From assembly GCA_963816355.1 (NCBI GenBank), contig CAWFKH010000003.1, positions 1,184,001-1,248,000 on the forward strand: a stretch of DNA of 64,000 nt, written 5' to 3'. Positions 1 to 10,208 of the stretch are shown piece by piece (the first letter of the stretch is position 1; each line of letters starts with the position of its first letter). The position numbers and the translations under genes are program-made. This DNA comes from an uncultured Gemmatimonadales bacterium. Lineage in GTDB: Bacteria > Gemmatimonadota > Gemmatimonadetes > Longimicrobiales > RSA9. The notes beneath the pieces were generated by a model. It was not told the origin of the DNA, did not search any database, and saw only the letters and a program-made list of their open reading frames with translations.

Positions 1-676
1 GGACGTACACCGCCATCTCGACGGAGAGCTTCCGCGCGAGGCCCTGGATGCCCGCGCCCGCGGCGAGCTCGACGCATGGGAATCCCTCATGGCCGACGCC
101 CGGCATATGGCGGCGGAGCGCGCCCCGGCCGACCTGTGCGACCGGGTCATGGACGCCATCCCGGCCACCACGCCCGCAGGAGCGGCGACGAGCTCCGGCG
201 CATGGCGCCGCGCCGCCGCGTGGCTGCTCGCTCCGCGGCCCCTGCGCGTTCGACCTGCCTTCGCGCTCGCCGCCGCCGCGGCGCTCGTGGCCACCGGAGC
301 GCTGGCGCTCGCCGCCTACCGCGCCACGGTCGTCGCGCGTTCCGCTCCCTCCGTCGCCGCCACCGCGCCCGCCGCCGCGCCGGCCACGGCGCTCGTCTAC
401 GTCCAGTTCGTGTACGACGGAGGAGCCGCGAAGTCGGTCGCGGTCGCCGGCGACTTCAACGGCTGGGACGCCGCCGACTTCTCGTTGCGCGACCCGGACG
501 GCGACGGTGTGTGGACCGCGATGTTCCCGCTCCCGGTCGGCCTCCACAAGTACATGTTCGTGGTGGACGGAGAGCGCTGGGTCACCGATCCTCGCGCGCA
601 GCGCCACGTGGAGGATGGATTCGGCATGCGGAACGCGCTGATCGCCGTCGCGACGCCGCCGCCGGGGCCCTCCTGA
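1..676 (+). CDS. Anti-sigma-like single-pass membrane protein with C-terminal CBM48/AMPK-beta-type glycogen-binding domain (5' truncated by window edge)
   Basis: The frame is open from base 2 (DVHRHLDGELPREALD..., an 'LDGEL' motif typical of anti-sigma N-termini). It continues through APADLCDRVM, a TM helix (FALAAAAALVATGALALAAY) and then VAVAGDFNGW...GVW...GLHKYMFVVDGERWVTDP (CBM48-like). Confidence 0.75.
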   Translation, partial: DVHRHLDGELPREALDARARGELDAWESLMADARHMAAERAPADLCDRVMDAIPATTPAGAATSSGAWRRAAAWLLAPRPLRVRPAFALAAAAALVATGALALAAYRATVVARSAPSVAATAPAAAPATALVYVQFVYDGGAAKSVAVAGDFNGWDAADFSLRDPDGDGVWTAMFPLPVGLHKYMFVVDGERWVTDPRAQRHVEDGFGMRNALIAVATPPPGPS

Positions 677-1902
677 TCGGCCGCTGCACGCCGCCGCGCC
701 TCGCGGCGGCCGCCCCCGTCCTCGTGGCCGCCGCCGGGCTGCTCGCGTCAGCGGCTGCGGCTTCCGCGCAGGGCACGACGCTGTGGGTCGACGCCGCCGC
801 CGCGTACAGTCGCCCTCCCGGCGCGGGTCCCACCGACGCCGTCGATTTCGGCACCGCCAGCCTCAGCCTCCGCTCCGCCGGCAGCGGGCCGATCACGTTT
901 GACGGCCTTGCGTACGGCGGTGCCTCCTTCGACGCCGCCGCGGGCTGGCTCGGGGGCTCACTCGCGCTCGACGCCACGAGACGGGCCGGTCGCGTGCGGC
1001 TGGGCGGCCGCGTGGAGGCTTCCGGCCTCCACTACTTCGACCCCTTTCTCTACACGGCCGCCTACGTGTCGGTGGCACCGCGCGTAGGGTGGGCGCTCGG
1101 CTCGTGGGACCTGTCGCTGCACGGCGAGCTCACGCGCGGCCGCTGGCGCGGCGAGGTGGCGGCCGGTCCGGTGATCCTCCCGCTTCCCGGACCCACCGCG
1201 CCGGCCGCCACCGTGGACGGCGACCTCGCGGTCAGCGGCGGCGGCTTCGCCGCGCGGCGCCGCATCGCGGATGGCGCGGTGCTGCGTTTCGCCGCAGCCG
1301 CCTACGACGCCGAGAACGGTGAGGCGCCCGGCGCCTACGCCGGCCTCGATGGCGGCGTCGACTGGGCGCGTGGACGCTTCCGCGTCGGCGTCGGCGCCTC
1401 CCTGTGGAGCGTGCCGGGCGTCGGAACCGGACGCGAGGTCGACAGCGGCTTCGACGCGGACGCCCGCGTCGCGCTCACCACGGACCTCGCCGCGCACGCC
1501 GGCGTGAGCCGCAGCGTGCGCGATCCGCTCTACGGGGCGGAGGGCGTGGTCGGCGCCACCGTGGGGGTGACCTGGAGCGCGCCGCTCTCGCGCGCCAGGG
1601 CGCCCCGCCCGGTGGCGGAGATCGGGCCGCCCGCGGCGGGCGGCCGCACCGTGCGGTTCCGCCTCCGCGCTCACGCCAGCACGGTCGAGCTCGCGGGCGA
1701 TTTCAACGGGTGGCGACCGCAGGCGATGGCGCGCGAGCGAGACGACATCTGGACGCTCGACCTGGTCGTCCCGCCCGGACTCCACCACTTCGCCTTCCAC
1801 CTGGACGGCGAGCGCTGGATGGTGCCGGCGGACGCGCCGGGAATCGGCGACGACGGCTGGGGCCGCCGCACCGCGAGCATCGTGGTCGAGGAGGGCGCGT
1901 GA
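673..1902 (+). CDS. Secreted, putative outer-membrane beta-barrel protein with C-terminal CBM48-like domain
   Basis: Signal peptide ending ASA-Q, amphipathic beta-strand pattern, and C-terminal VELAGDFNGW...GLHHFAFHLDGERW. The start is uncertain; CTG overlapping the upstream TGA is assumed. Confidence 0.65.
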   Translation: MIGRCTPPRLAAAAPVLVAAAGLLASAAAASAQGTTLWVDAAAAYSRPPGAGPTDAVDFGTASLSLRSAGSGPITFDGLAYGGASFDAAAGWLGGSLALDATRRAGRVRLGGRVEASGLHYFDPFLYTAAYVSVAPRVGWALGSWDLSLHGELTRGRWRGEVAAGPVILPLPGPTAPAATVDGDLAVSGGGFAARRRIADGAVLRFAAAAYDAENGEAPGAYAGLDGGVDWARGRFRVGVGASLWSVPGVGTGREVDSGFDADARVALTTDLAAHAGVSRSVRDPLYGAEGVVGATVGVTWSAPLSRARAPRPVAEIGPPAAGGRTVRFRLRAHASTVELAGDFNGWRPQAMARERDDIWTLDLVVPPGLHHFAFHLDGERWMVPADAPGIGDDGWGRRTASIVVEEGA

Positions 1903-1942
1903 CGGAACGCCTCCTCGATCGTCATAACGGTTGGATGACACC

Positions 1943-2719
1943 ATGACGATTCGAAGCGCTCTCACCCCGATTCTCCTGCTCGCCGCGGGAGCCCTCGCCG
2001 CGCCGCGCACGCTGAGCGCGCAGGCCGACGGCGGTCTCGCCCGCGCCCGCGCGGCCCTGTCCGCCACGGCGGGCGCCGAGCTCGCGACCGCGGTCGACCA
2101 GGCCCGGGGCGAAGGCCTGCCTACGGAACCGCTCGTCGACAAGGCCCTCGAGGGGATCGCCAAGCACGTCCCGCCCGAGCGTATCATCGCCGTCGTCCGG
2201 AGCCTGCACACCCAGCTCATGGAGGCGAGGGCGGTGCTCGCGACGAATGCCGCCACGCCGCCGCAGCCCGACGCGATCGCCGGCGTCGCCGATGCCCTCC
2301 GCCGCGGTGTCCCCGAGGCCGCTCTGCGCGACCTCGCCTCCGCGGGCGACGGCGCCGGCATCGCGATCGAGTCCCACGTGCTCGCGGATCTGCTCGAGCG
2401 CGGCGTCCCCGTGAAGGACGCGGTGGACGTGCTCGCCGCCTGGCGGGCGCGGGGCCGCGATCCGGGTCAGTTGCGGAATCTTCCTGCAGCGGTGGAGAAC
2501 CTGATGCGCGGCGGCAAGGGGCCGGCGGAGGCGGCGGCCGACGTCGCCGCCACCGTACGGGCCGGGCACGTGCTTCTCGGCCCCGGCGGCGTTCCGGCGA
2601 TGCTGGGCGGGCCTCCGGGGCTGGTGAAGAAGGGGCTGCCTCCGATCCCTCCGGGACTCGGTCCGCCCACCGACTCGAAGGGCCACGGGAAGAAGAAGGG
2701 CGGGGGCTCGCAGGGTTGA
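1943..2719 (+). CDS. Secreted helical hypothetical protein with Pro/Gly/Lys-rich tail
   Basis: ORF 1931..2719. Signal peptide ending LSA-Q; tail PPGLVKKGLPPIPPGLG...KGHGKKKGG. Confidence 0.7.
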   Translation: MTIRSALTPILLLAAGALAAPRTLSAQADGGLARARAALSATAGAELATAVDQARGEGLPTEPLVDKALEGIAKHVPPERIIAVVRSLHTQLMEARAVLATNAATPPQPDAIAGVADALRRGVPEAALRDLASAGDGAGIAIESHVLADLLERGVPVKDAVDVLAAWRARGRDPGQLRNLPAAVENLMRGGKGPAEAAADVAATVRAGHVLLGPGGVPAMLGGPPGLVKKGLPPIPPGLGPPTDSKGHGKKKGGGSQG

Positions 2720-2882
2720 CCCGCGGGGAAGGTTCGGGTACGTTGGGCGTGTGCCAGCGGCGGCCGGATTCGATCCCCATCCGGCCTTCTCAATCGGGCC
2801 CCAGGACGCCGACGAAGGCTCCCGGGGCTCGGTCGCAACCGCACGACTCGCCCGATACGCTCCCCGACCCCGAGGGAATCGT

Positions 2883-3176
2883 ATGCGCCCGCCAACCGAC
2901 CCCGACGTACGAAGTCTCGACCGCGCCTCCATCGGCGAGGCGCTCCTCCTGCGACACGTCCTCTTCGACCGCGTCCGCGACCGCCTTCGCGCGGGTGGCA
3001 TCGGGGAGGGAGACACCGTGGTGGTCAAGGACGACGCCGGCGCCGCGCTGCTGCTCGAGACGGCCGCCGGAGCCGAGCTGCGCATCGACCGCGACGACGC
3101 CCGTTTCGTCGAAGTGGCGCGGCACGGCGGCCTCCGACGCCGCTACGGCATGCGGCCGATTCGCCTCGACGGCTGA
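2883..3176 (+). CDS. FeoA-like SH3-fold small protein
   Basis: GAGGG RBS before ATG 2883. RDRLRAGGIGEGDTVVV...LRIDRDDARFVEV resembles the FeoA pattern. Confidence 0.55.
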   Translation: MRPPTDPDVRSLDRASIGEALLLRHVLFDRVRDRLRAGGIGEGDTVVVKDDAGAALLLETAAGAELRIDRDDARFVEVARHGGLRRRYGMRPIRLDG

Positions 3177-3179
3177 CGG

Positions 3180-4808
3180 CTAGGACGACGGCGGCGCGGG
3201 CAGCCGAGCCCGCACCGCCGCCGCGAACAGCTCGACGCCCCGGAAGAGGTTGCCCAGACGCAGGTTCTCGTTGGGCGAGTGCTGGTCGTTGTCCGGATTG
3301 ACGATCGGCAGGCCCACGAAGGTCGCGCCCAGGTATTTCGGAAAGACGAAGCCGGGCACGCTCCCTCCCATCGTCGGAATCACGACCAGGTCGTCGCCCG
3401 CCGCACCGCGCAGCGCCGCGATGATCGCCCGGGCGTCCGCGGCGTCGAGCGCGGTGCGTACGGCGGGATAGCCGCGCGACGCCGTCACGCGGGCGATGCG
3501 CGCGTGCGCGAGGCGGGTCGACGAATCGGGCTCCTCCTCGACGACGTCGTAGCCCTGGCGTCGGATGTGGTCGACGAGCCGCCGCAGCTGATCCTCGGGC
3601 TGGACGTCCGGCACGAGCCGCAGATCGAGGCTTGCAGTCGCCTCCGCCGGGATGATCGTCCGCGCCTCGCTCCCCACCCAGCCACTGCGGATCCCATCCA
3701 CGTTCAACGACGGCTGCATCACCATCTCCCAGCGGCTCCGCCCGTCCCCCTCCGGCTGCGCGATCCCGAGATCCCGGCGCTCACGCGCTTCCGCCGGCAT
3801 GCGCGCGAGCGCGGCGAACGCCGCGCGCTCCGCGGGGCCCGCCGCGACGACGTCGTCATACCAGCCGGCGATCGTGACGCAGCCGGTCGAGTCCTGCATC
3901 GAGGCGAGCAGCGCGGCCAGTCGCTCCGCCGGGTTCGGAGCCCAGTTGCCGTAATGGCCGCTGTGCAGCGGGCGGGTGGCGCCGTACACGGTGACCTGCG
4001 CGGTGACGATGCCGCGGGCGCCGAAGGTCACCGTAGGAGCGTTCGACGGGTAGACCGGCCCGTCGGCGACGAGCGCCACGTCCGCCTTCAGCAGCGCCGC
4101 GTTCCGCCGCAGCGCCTCCTCGAGGTGGGGCGACCCCGCCTCCTCCTCTCCTTCGAAGAGAAACTTCAGGTTCACCGCCGGACGCGATCCGGCGTCCTTC
4201 AGCGCGTCGAGCGCCCGGAGCATGGCGACGATCGGCGCCTTGTCGTCGGACGCCGAGCGCGCGTAGACGCGCCATTCCGCTTCGTAGCCGCCGTCGTGCG
4301 GCCACGGCAGCAGCGCCGGCGCCCGAGCCAGGGTGCCGGCGCGCAGCACGGGGTGGAAGGGCGTCGTGCCGATCCATCGGCTGCTGTCGACCGGCTGCCC
4401 GTCGTAATGGGCGTAGATCAGCATCGTGCGTGTCGCGCCCGGCACCTCGAGCGCGCCGTAGATCGCCGGGGCGCCGCCGGTCTCGATCAGCCGCGTCGCC
4501 ACGCCGCGCCGCTCCATCATTGCGCGGATGAGCGCGGCGTTCCTTCGGATGTCGGCGGAATCGGCCGCGACGTTCGGGATGGCGAGGAGGCGAACCAGCT
4601 CGCCGACGATCTCGCCGCGGTGGCCGGCGACGTACTCGTGAACGGCGGCGCTCACGTCGGACGCGGGCCGCTGGGCGCACGCGGGACGCGCCATCCCCGC
4701 GGCCGCGGCGGAGACCGCCAGCGCTGCCGCGAGGGCGCGCGACGCGCGCAACGGGGCCGGACGCGCGGGCCGCGGCGCCGCGCCCGTGCGGCGCCTCAGC
4801 CGCCGCAC
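3180..4808 (-). CDS. Secreted M20/M25/M40 family metallopeptidase
   Basis: YAHYDGQP, ARSASDDKAP, FEGEEEAGS, LHSGHYG and QHSPNENL motifs, plus a signal peptide. Start approximate. Confidence 0.9.
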   Translation of the reverse strand: MRRLRRRTGAAPRPARPAPLRASRALAAALAVSAAAAGMARPACAQRPASDVSAAVHEYVAGHRGEIVGELVRLLAIPNVAADSADIRRNAALIRAMMERRGVATRLIETGGAPAIYGALEVPGATRTMLIYAHYDGQPVDSSRWIGTTPFHPVLRAGTLARAPALLPWPHDGGYEAEWRVYARSASDDKAPIVAMLRALDALKDAGSRPAVNLKFLFEGEEEAGSPHLEEALRRNAALLKADVALVADGPVYPSNAPTVTFGARGIVTAQVTVYGATRPLHSGHYGNWAPNPAERLAALLASMQDSTGCVTIAGWYDDVVAAGPAERAAFAALARMPAEARERRDLGIAQPEGDGRSRWEMVMQPSLNVDGIRSGWVGSEARTIIPAEATASLDLRLVPDVQPEDQLRRLVDHIRRQGYDVVEEEPDSSTRLAHARIARVTASRGYPAVRTALDAADARAIIAALRGAAGDDLVVIPTMGGSVPGFVFPKYLGATFVGLPIVNPDNDQHSPNENLRLGNLFRGVELFAAAVRARLPAPPSS

Positions 4809-7307
4809 GGATCCGCGAGGTAGTCGAGGAGCGCCTGTCCGATCGGGCTGCCGGGCGGCAGGTCGAGCGCGATGGAAGGCTGCGCGAACGGCTTCGGATC
4901 CTTGAGGAATCGCTCGATCTCGTGCGCGACGAAGAACGCCTGCGCACGGTCCGCGCTGGAAGCGCCCGCGGGCGGCGTCGCGAGGCGCGCGCGCAAGCGG
5001 TCGAGCCGGAACGTGGTCTCCGCCCGCACCTCCGGCATGGGAGCGCTCGCGGCGAGGCCCATCAGCTCGGTGACGAGCGCCCAGCTCGAGGCGCGGGCGA
5101 CGGCGGCCTCGTAGGGGCTCGAGGCGCGTGCGTCGAAGGTCGCGCCGACGAGCCGGCCGATCACGTCGTCGAGACCCGGGAGAGAGGGGTCGAGCGCGTG
5201 CTGCTCGACGAGGCGCGCGGCGCGCTGCGGCTGCAGCAGCATGGAGATGGTGAAGTCCGCGGCGACCGCGGCGGGCGCGACGGCGTCGAAGGCGAGGCCG
5301 GTGTAGCGGCCGAAGAGCTCGCGGTGCGCCGGGTAGAGGTAGGGACGCGGCGGCAGCAGGTCGACGATGCGGCGCGGCAGCGCGAGGACCTCCGGCGAGA
5401 GCGTCCGCAGCAGCGCGTCGAGCGCCTCCCGTTGCTCCGCGGCGGGCACGCGCCGCATCGGGGGCTGTCCGTCGCCGCGCATCGCGTACGTGTAGTACTC
5501 GCCGCCGACGACCTTGGAGGCGGCCTCCACCTGGTATCGGTGGTGGAGGTACAGCGGGACGAGCGCCTCCTCCAGCGTCGCGACGGGCATGCCGCGGCGG
5601 ATCGCCGCGTCCCCGAAACGCCGCAGCGCGGCGCGGCGCACCTTCAGCATCCGATCGAGCTCCGCGGCGGCGCTCACGCCGTTGTCCCACAGGTGCACCT
5701 GCGGGTGGACGCTGCCGAGAGGGCGAGCGTCCTGGTCGGTCAGGAAGGTGATGCCGCGCTCACGGGCCTGCCGCAGGATCGCCGCGCGCGCCGAGTCTTC
5801 GTCGACGCCATCCGGGAAGTCGGTGTAGCCGTAGCGGATCGCGACCTTGTCCCACTCCCCGATCCCGGTGTCGTAGGCGTCGGACACGTCGATCGAGCCG
5901 TCCGCCGCCAGCTTCACGAGCGGGTGCGGATAGTCCATGACCGATGCGCGGCCCTCCGTGCTCGCGATGTAGTTGTGCGCGAGACCGAGCGTGTGGCCGG
6001 TCTCGTGCGCCGCGAGCTGGTGCAGCCGGGCGAGCGCGAGCTGGCGTACCCGCAGCGTGTCCGACTCGTCGCCCGTGTAGGGGTCGAGCAGCCCTTCCCC
6101 GATCAGGTAGTCCTGGCGCACGCGCAGCGATCCGAGCAGCACGTGACCCTTGATGATCTCGCCGGTCCGCGGATCGACCACGGAGCTGCCGTAGCTCCAG
6201 CCCCGAGTGGCGCGGTGGACCCACTCGATCACGTTGTAGCGGACGTCCATCGGATCCGCCGTGTCCGGCAGCATCTCGACGCGGAAGGCGTCTCGGTAGC
6301 CGGCAGCCTCGAACGCCTGATTCCACCACCTGGCGCCCTCCAGGAGCGCCGTCCGCATCGGCTCGGGCACGCCCGGATCGAGGTAGTAGACGATCGGCTT
6401 CACCGGCTCGCTCACCGCCGCCGTCGGATCCTTCTTCTGCAGCCGGTGATGAATGATGAAACGCTGCGTCATCGGGTGGCCGAGCGGTGCGGCGTAGTCC
6501 TCGTAGCTGATGCCGAAGTAGCCGGCGCCGGGGATGTTGCGGACCTCGTGGAAGCCCGGTGGTGGCAGCTCGACGAGCGAATGGCGCTCGCGCACCGTGA
6601 CGGCGTCCGGCGTCGGCGTGACCTCGCGTACCCAGCGACCCGGCTGCTCGCCCGCGAACGTGAGCGTGACCTCGATCTCGGTGTTCTTCGGAAACGCACG
6701 GGTCCGCGGCAGGTAGACGGCGCTGCGATCGCGATCCAGGTGGAAGGTGCCCTGATTCGTCCGCTTCAGTGCGCCCGCCACATCGTGGACGTCGCGCAGC
6801 GCGAAATCCGGTCGCGTCGACCAGCACGCGGCCGTCGCTCTCCGCGGCTACGGTGAAGCCCCATAATACGGAGGTCGCGAACGCGTCCTGGACGTCCTTC
6901 ACCTCGACCGGATTCTCCGACTCGGCGCGGTAGGCGAGGTTCGGCTGCACCAGCAGGACCCTGGGACCCACGCGGTGGAAGTGGACGACGCGCTCGTCGC
7001 CGAGCTGGGAGCGGTCGAGCCCGATGTCGTTCGAGCCGATGCCCGCCGGCAGCGACTCGATGTAGAGGAAGTCGTGGTCGAAGCGGCCGATTTCCAGCCA
7101 CAGCTTGCCGGCGGCGGAGTCCCAGTAGATCGGGACGAAGCCGTCCATCTTCACCATGCCGCGCGTCTTCTCGGCGATCGATGGCAACGGCTGCGGCTCA
7201 CCGTTCTGCGCTGCGCCCGGCCGGCGCCCCTGGCCGCGCACCGCGTGCGGCGCGGCGGCCCCAGCGACGAGCAGCCCGAGCGCCACGAGCGTCCGTGTCC
7301 GGCTCAT
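4796..7307 (-). CDS. Secreted zinc-dependent metalloprotease (DUF5117/DUF4953, met-zincin type), apparent +1 frameshift at ~6808-6811
   Basis: [13 protein letters not shown] zincin motif and SVMDY Met-turn. The N-terminal half with signal peptide (ORF 5760..7391) joins ORF 4796..6781 when one base is removed ([18 protein letters not shown]). Confidence 0.85.
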
Positions 7308-7486
7308 GTCCATCCTCAGGTGTGCGGTTGGCGGCGTTACGGGTCGGATTCCAGGGGGCGGAAAGCTAAGCCGCGCTCCCGGACGCGGCAATCGCGGATC
7401 CGTGAAGCGGGACGTCGCCGCCCCGGGGAACGGATTCTGCGCCGGCTGGCCGGAGCCGTAAGCACGTCACCGCAACGGAGGTCTGC

Positions 7487-7924
7487 ATGCGATCGACTGC
7501 CCGCCGGGCCGCTGGCGCCCTCGCGCTCACTGCTGCCGTAGCCGTCGCCGCGGCGTCGTGTGGCACCGGGGAAAGCGGCACGCGGGAGGGCGCCGCGGAC
7601 GAAGCGCTCGAGCGCGTCGACTCCGCGACCGGCGTCACCTACGACCCCGACACGCTCGCGTGGCTGCAGGCGGGCCGCACCGTCTCCTTCCAGGACCGCC
7701 AGTGGATTCCGGAGGGTGGGCCGGTCTACCGACCCAGCGTCGTGCCGGTGGGCGACTTCGAGGGGATGCGCCTCTTCGCTCCCGCCGACGAGGCCGAGCC
7801 CTATACACGGCTCTACTTCCCCATTGGCGACGACCGATGGCAGGGTCTCGTCCCGGCCACGCCGCTGGGCGACACGACCGCGGCTCCGGCCGGCGCCGCC
7901 CCGGAGGGCGGCCCGACCCCTTGA
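7487..7924 (+). CDS. Hypothetical lipoprotein
   Basis: GGAGG RBS; signal peptide with lipobox-like AAAS-C. Confidence 0.7.
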   Translation: MRSTARRAAGALALTAAVAVAAASCGTGESGTREGAADEALERVDSATGVTYDPDTLAWLQAGRTVSFQDRQWIPEGGPVYRPSVVPVGDFEGMRLFAPADEAEPYTRLYFPIGDDRWQGLVPATPLGDTTAAPAGAAPEGGPTP

Positions 7925-7946
7925 GTCGTCGCGAGCGGCGGCACCA

Positions 7947-9203
7947 GTGAGCGGGGACCGGAAGCCGAGTCGCAGCGAGTATGCGCTCACCACCGGCGAG
8001 ATCGGAGCGGCCGCGGCGCAGACGGTGCTGGTCGTGCTCCTGCCGGTGCTGATCTCGAAATACGCCCGCTCCCAGTTCTGGATCGGCTTCGCGGTAGGGG
8101 GAGAGGGCGTCTTCGCGCTCGCCGTGCCGTTCCTCGCCGGCCTCGTCAGCGACAGGCTCCCCGGCGACGTCGCCAGACGCTTCGGACGGCGCATGGTCCT
8201 GCTCTTCTTCGCCGCGCCGCTCATGGCGGTCACCATCGCCCTGACGCCGTTCCTGTCCGGCTACTGGATCATGACCGGGGTGGCGTTCCTCTTCTTTTTC
8301 GGACTGCACGCCTACCTGACCCCGCTCTGGGCGTTGATGGCGGACGGCGTGCCGGACGAGCGCCGCGCGCAGGCGCAAGGGATGCGCGGCGTGTTTCGCG
8401 CCTCCGGCCTCGCGTACGGCCTCGTCGCCGCGGGTCTCCTGTTCGCCGTCTGGAAGCCGCTGCCGTTCCTAGTCGCCGCGCTGCTCGTCCTCGGCGCGAC
8501 GGGCGTGACGTGGTGGGCGGAGCGGAAGACGCAGGCCGACCGCGGCGAGGAGGCGCGCTCGATGTCGCGCAACGTGAACGAGATGTGGCACGCGCTGAAG
8601 GACAACCGCGCGGCCTCCTGGCTCCTCCTCGCCAACGCCCTGTGGAACGGCGCCATCGACGGGATCCGGCCCTACATCTTCCTCTTCGCCACGACCGTGA
8701 TCGGCGTCAGCGTGGCGATGACATCCGTGGGCCTGATCGCCCTCATCCTCGGAATCGCCATCGGCTCGTGGGTGCTCGGCAAGCTCGGCGACCGCCACGA
8801 CCGCGGTCGGCTGCTCGAATGGGGCGTCGCGCTGACCACGCTCGCCCTGCTCGGCGGCTTCTTCGCGCGGGGCATCTTCTCGGCCATGGTCGTGCTCCTC
8901 CTCGGCGGCCTCGGCGCCGCCTCGATCATCACCCTGCCGTACCCGCTCTTCGCCAGCCTGATGGGAGAGGAAGCCACGGGGCAGTACACCGGCACCTACA
9001 TCGTCAGCGTGGGCTTCGGCCGTATCTTCGCGCCGATGCTGGTCGGCGCGACGATCGACCTGGGCAAGGGCGTCCTCGACGCGAAGTACCACGGATACCC
9101 GTTCATGTGGATCACCGCCGGCGTCCTCGCCGGCCTCGGCTGGCTCGCACTCTACCGCTCGAAGCGGAAGAAGGACTCCTGGCAGCACGTGGACGGCGGC
9201 TGA
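7947..9203 (+). CDS. MFS transporter (sugar/glycoside-type)
   Basis: About 12 TM segments; GLVSDR...FGRR and GKLGDRHDR MFS motif A. Confidence 0.85.
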   Translation: MSGDRKPSRSEYALTTGEIGAAAAQTVLVVLLPVLISKYARSQFWIGFAVGGEGVFALAVPFLAGLVSDRLPGDVARRFGRRMVLLFFAAPLMAVTIALTPFLSGYWIMTGVAFLFFFGLHAYLTPLWALMADGVPDERRAQAQGMRGVFRASGLAYGLVAAGLLFAVWKPLPFLVAALLVLGATGVTWWAERKTQADRGEEARSMSRNVNEMWHALKDNRAASWLLLANALWNGAIDGIRPYIFLFATTVIGVSVAMTSVGLIALILGIAIGSWVLGKLGDRHDRGRLLEWGVALTTLALLGGFFARGIFSAMVVLLLGGLGAASIITLPYPLFASLMGEEATGQYTGTYIVSVGFGRIFAPMLVGATIDLGKGVLDAKYHGYPFMWITAGVLAGLGWLALYRSKRKKDSWQHVDGG

Positions 9204-9237
9204 GCGCCCTTCGAACCAGCAGGGACGGGGACCACGA

Positions 9238-10071
9238 TCAGCGGCCGAGAACCTTGCGGCCGAGGATCGTCGCGCCGATGGCGAGCAGGATGTAGGCGGC
9301 GACGATGTGCAACGTGACCACCGCCTGGGCCGCCGGCCCGTTGCATGGCACGATCTCCCCGTAACCGACCGTCGCCGTGGTCACCACGCAGTAGTAGGCA
9401 GCGGTCAGGAACGGAGTCCACCCGTGCGCCGCGCACAGCAGGCCCCGGCGGTGGAGCCATTCGTAGAGGAGCGTGAAGAGGACGACGAAACCGAGTACCC
9501 AGAGGAGCCAGGCCCGCGGACTCGTGCCGTAGCCGCTCGTCCATTTCCACACCGACAGGAGCGGCTTTCCCACCCTGGCTTTGCGGCGCCGCGCTTCCCA
9601 CTCGAGGACGTGCATCTCGTCCGAGCGATCCGTCTCTCCGATCTCCGCGTAACACATCTTCGCGCGGGCGAGCGACCGGATGCCGAAGGCGTCCGGCGAG
9701 CCGCCGTCGTCACTCGCGATGCCCGCCCGGCGGTACGCGTCCGCGGCGCGGTTCATCTGGCCGCTGTCGCGAAAAGCATGGCCGGCGAAATGAAAGAGCT
9801 GCGCGGGCCGCACCGCCCCCTTCGCGCCCGCCAGCTCGATGGCGGGCGATTCAGAGAGCCGGATCCCCAGCGCCAGATAGACGTAGGCGGCCTCGTGCAG
9901 GTCCGCCGCGCTGCCGAGCCGCTTCTCGTCAGCCTGCGCCAGCGCCGCCGAAGCACTCGCGCTGTCCTGGATCGCGGCGTAGGCGGCAATGAGGGTCCGG
10001 TTGCCTCGGGGATCGGTGACCCCGGGACGCCGCGCGACCTCCCGCCGCAGCGCTTCGAAGCTCACTCGCAT
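9238..10071 (-). CDS. Two-TM potassium channel with N-terminal helical (TPR-like) domain
   Basis: Selectivity filter TTATVGYGE flanked by two TM helices; GYGTSP motif. Confidence 0.8.
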   Translation of the reverse strand: MRVSFEALRREVARRPGVTDPRGNRTLIAAYAAIQDSASASAALAQADEKRLGSAADLHEAAYVYLALGIRLSESPAIELAGAKGAVRPAQLFHFAGHAFRDSGQMNRAADAYRRAGIASDDGGSPDAFGIRSLARAKMCYAEIGETDRSDEMHVLEWEARRRKARVGKPLLSVWKWTSGYGTSPRAWLLWVLGFVVLFTLLYEWLHRRGLLCAAHGWTPFLTAAYYCVVTTATVGYGEIVPCNGPAAQAVVTLHIVAAYILLAIGATILGRKVLGR

Positions 10072-10208
10072 CGGCCGGCCTCCGCGAGAGGTTGGATCCT
10101 GCATGTGCACGTCACCGCACGGCGCCTCCGGCGCGTTGCCACGCCGCCGGCCGCGCCGTACCATGGCGGCGGAATCGGTCCGCTTCAAGCTTCGCGAGGA
10201 TGTCACGC

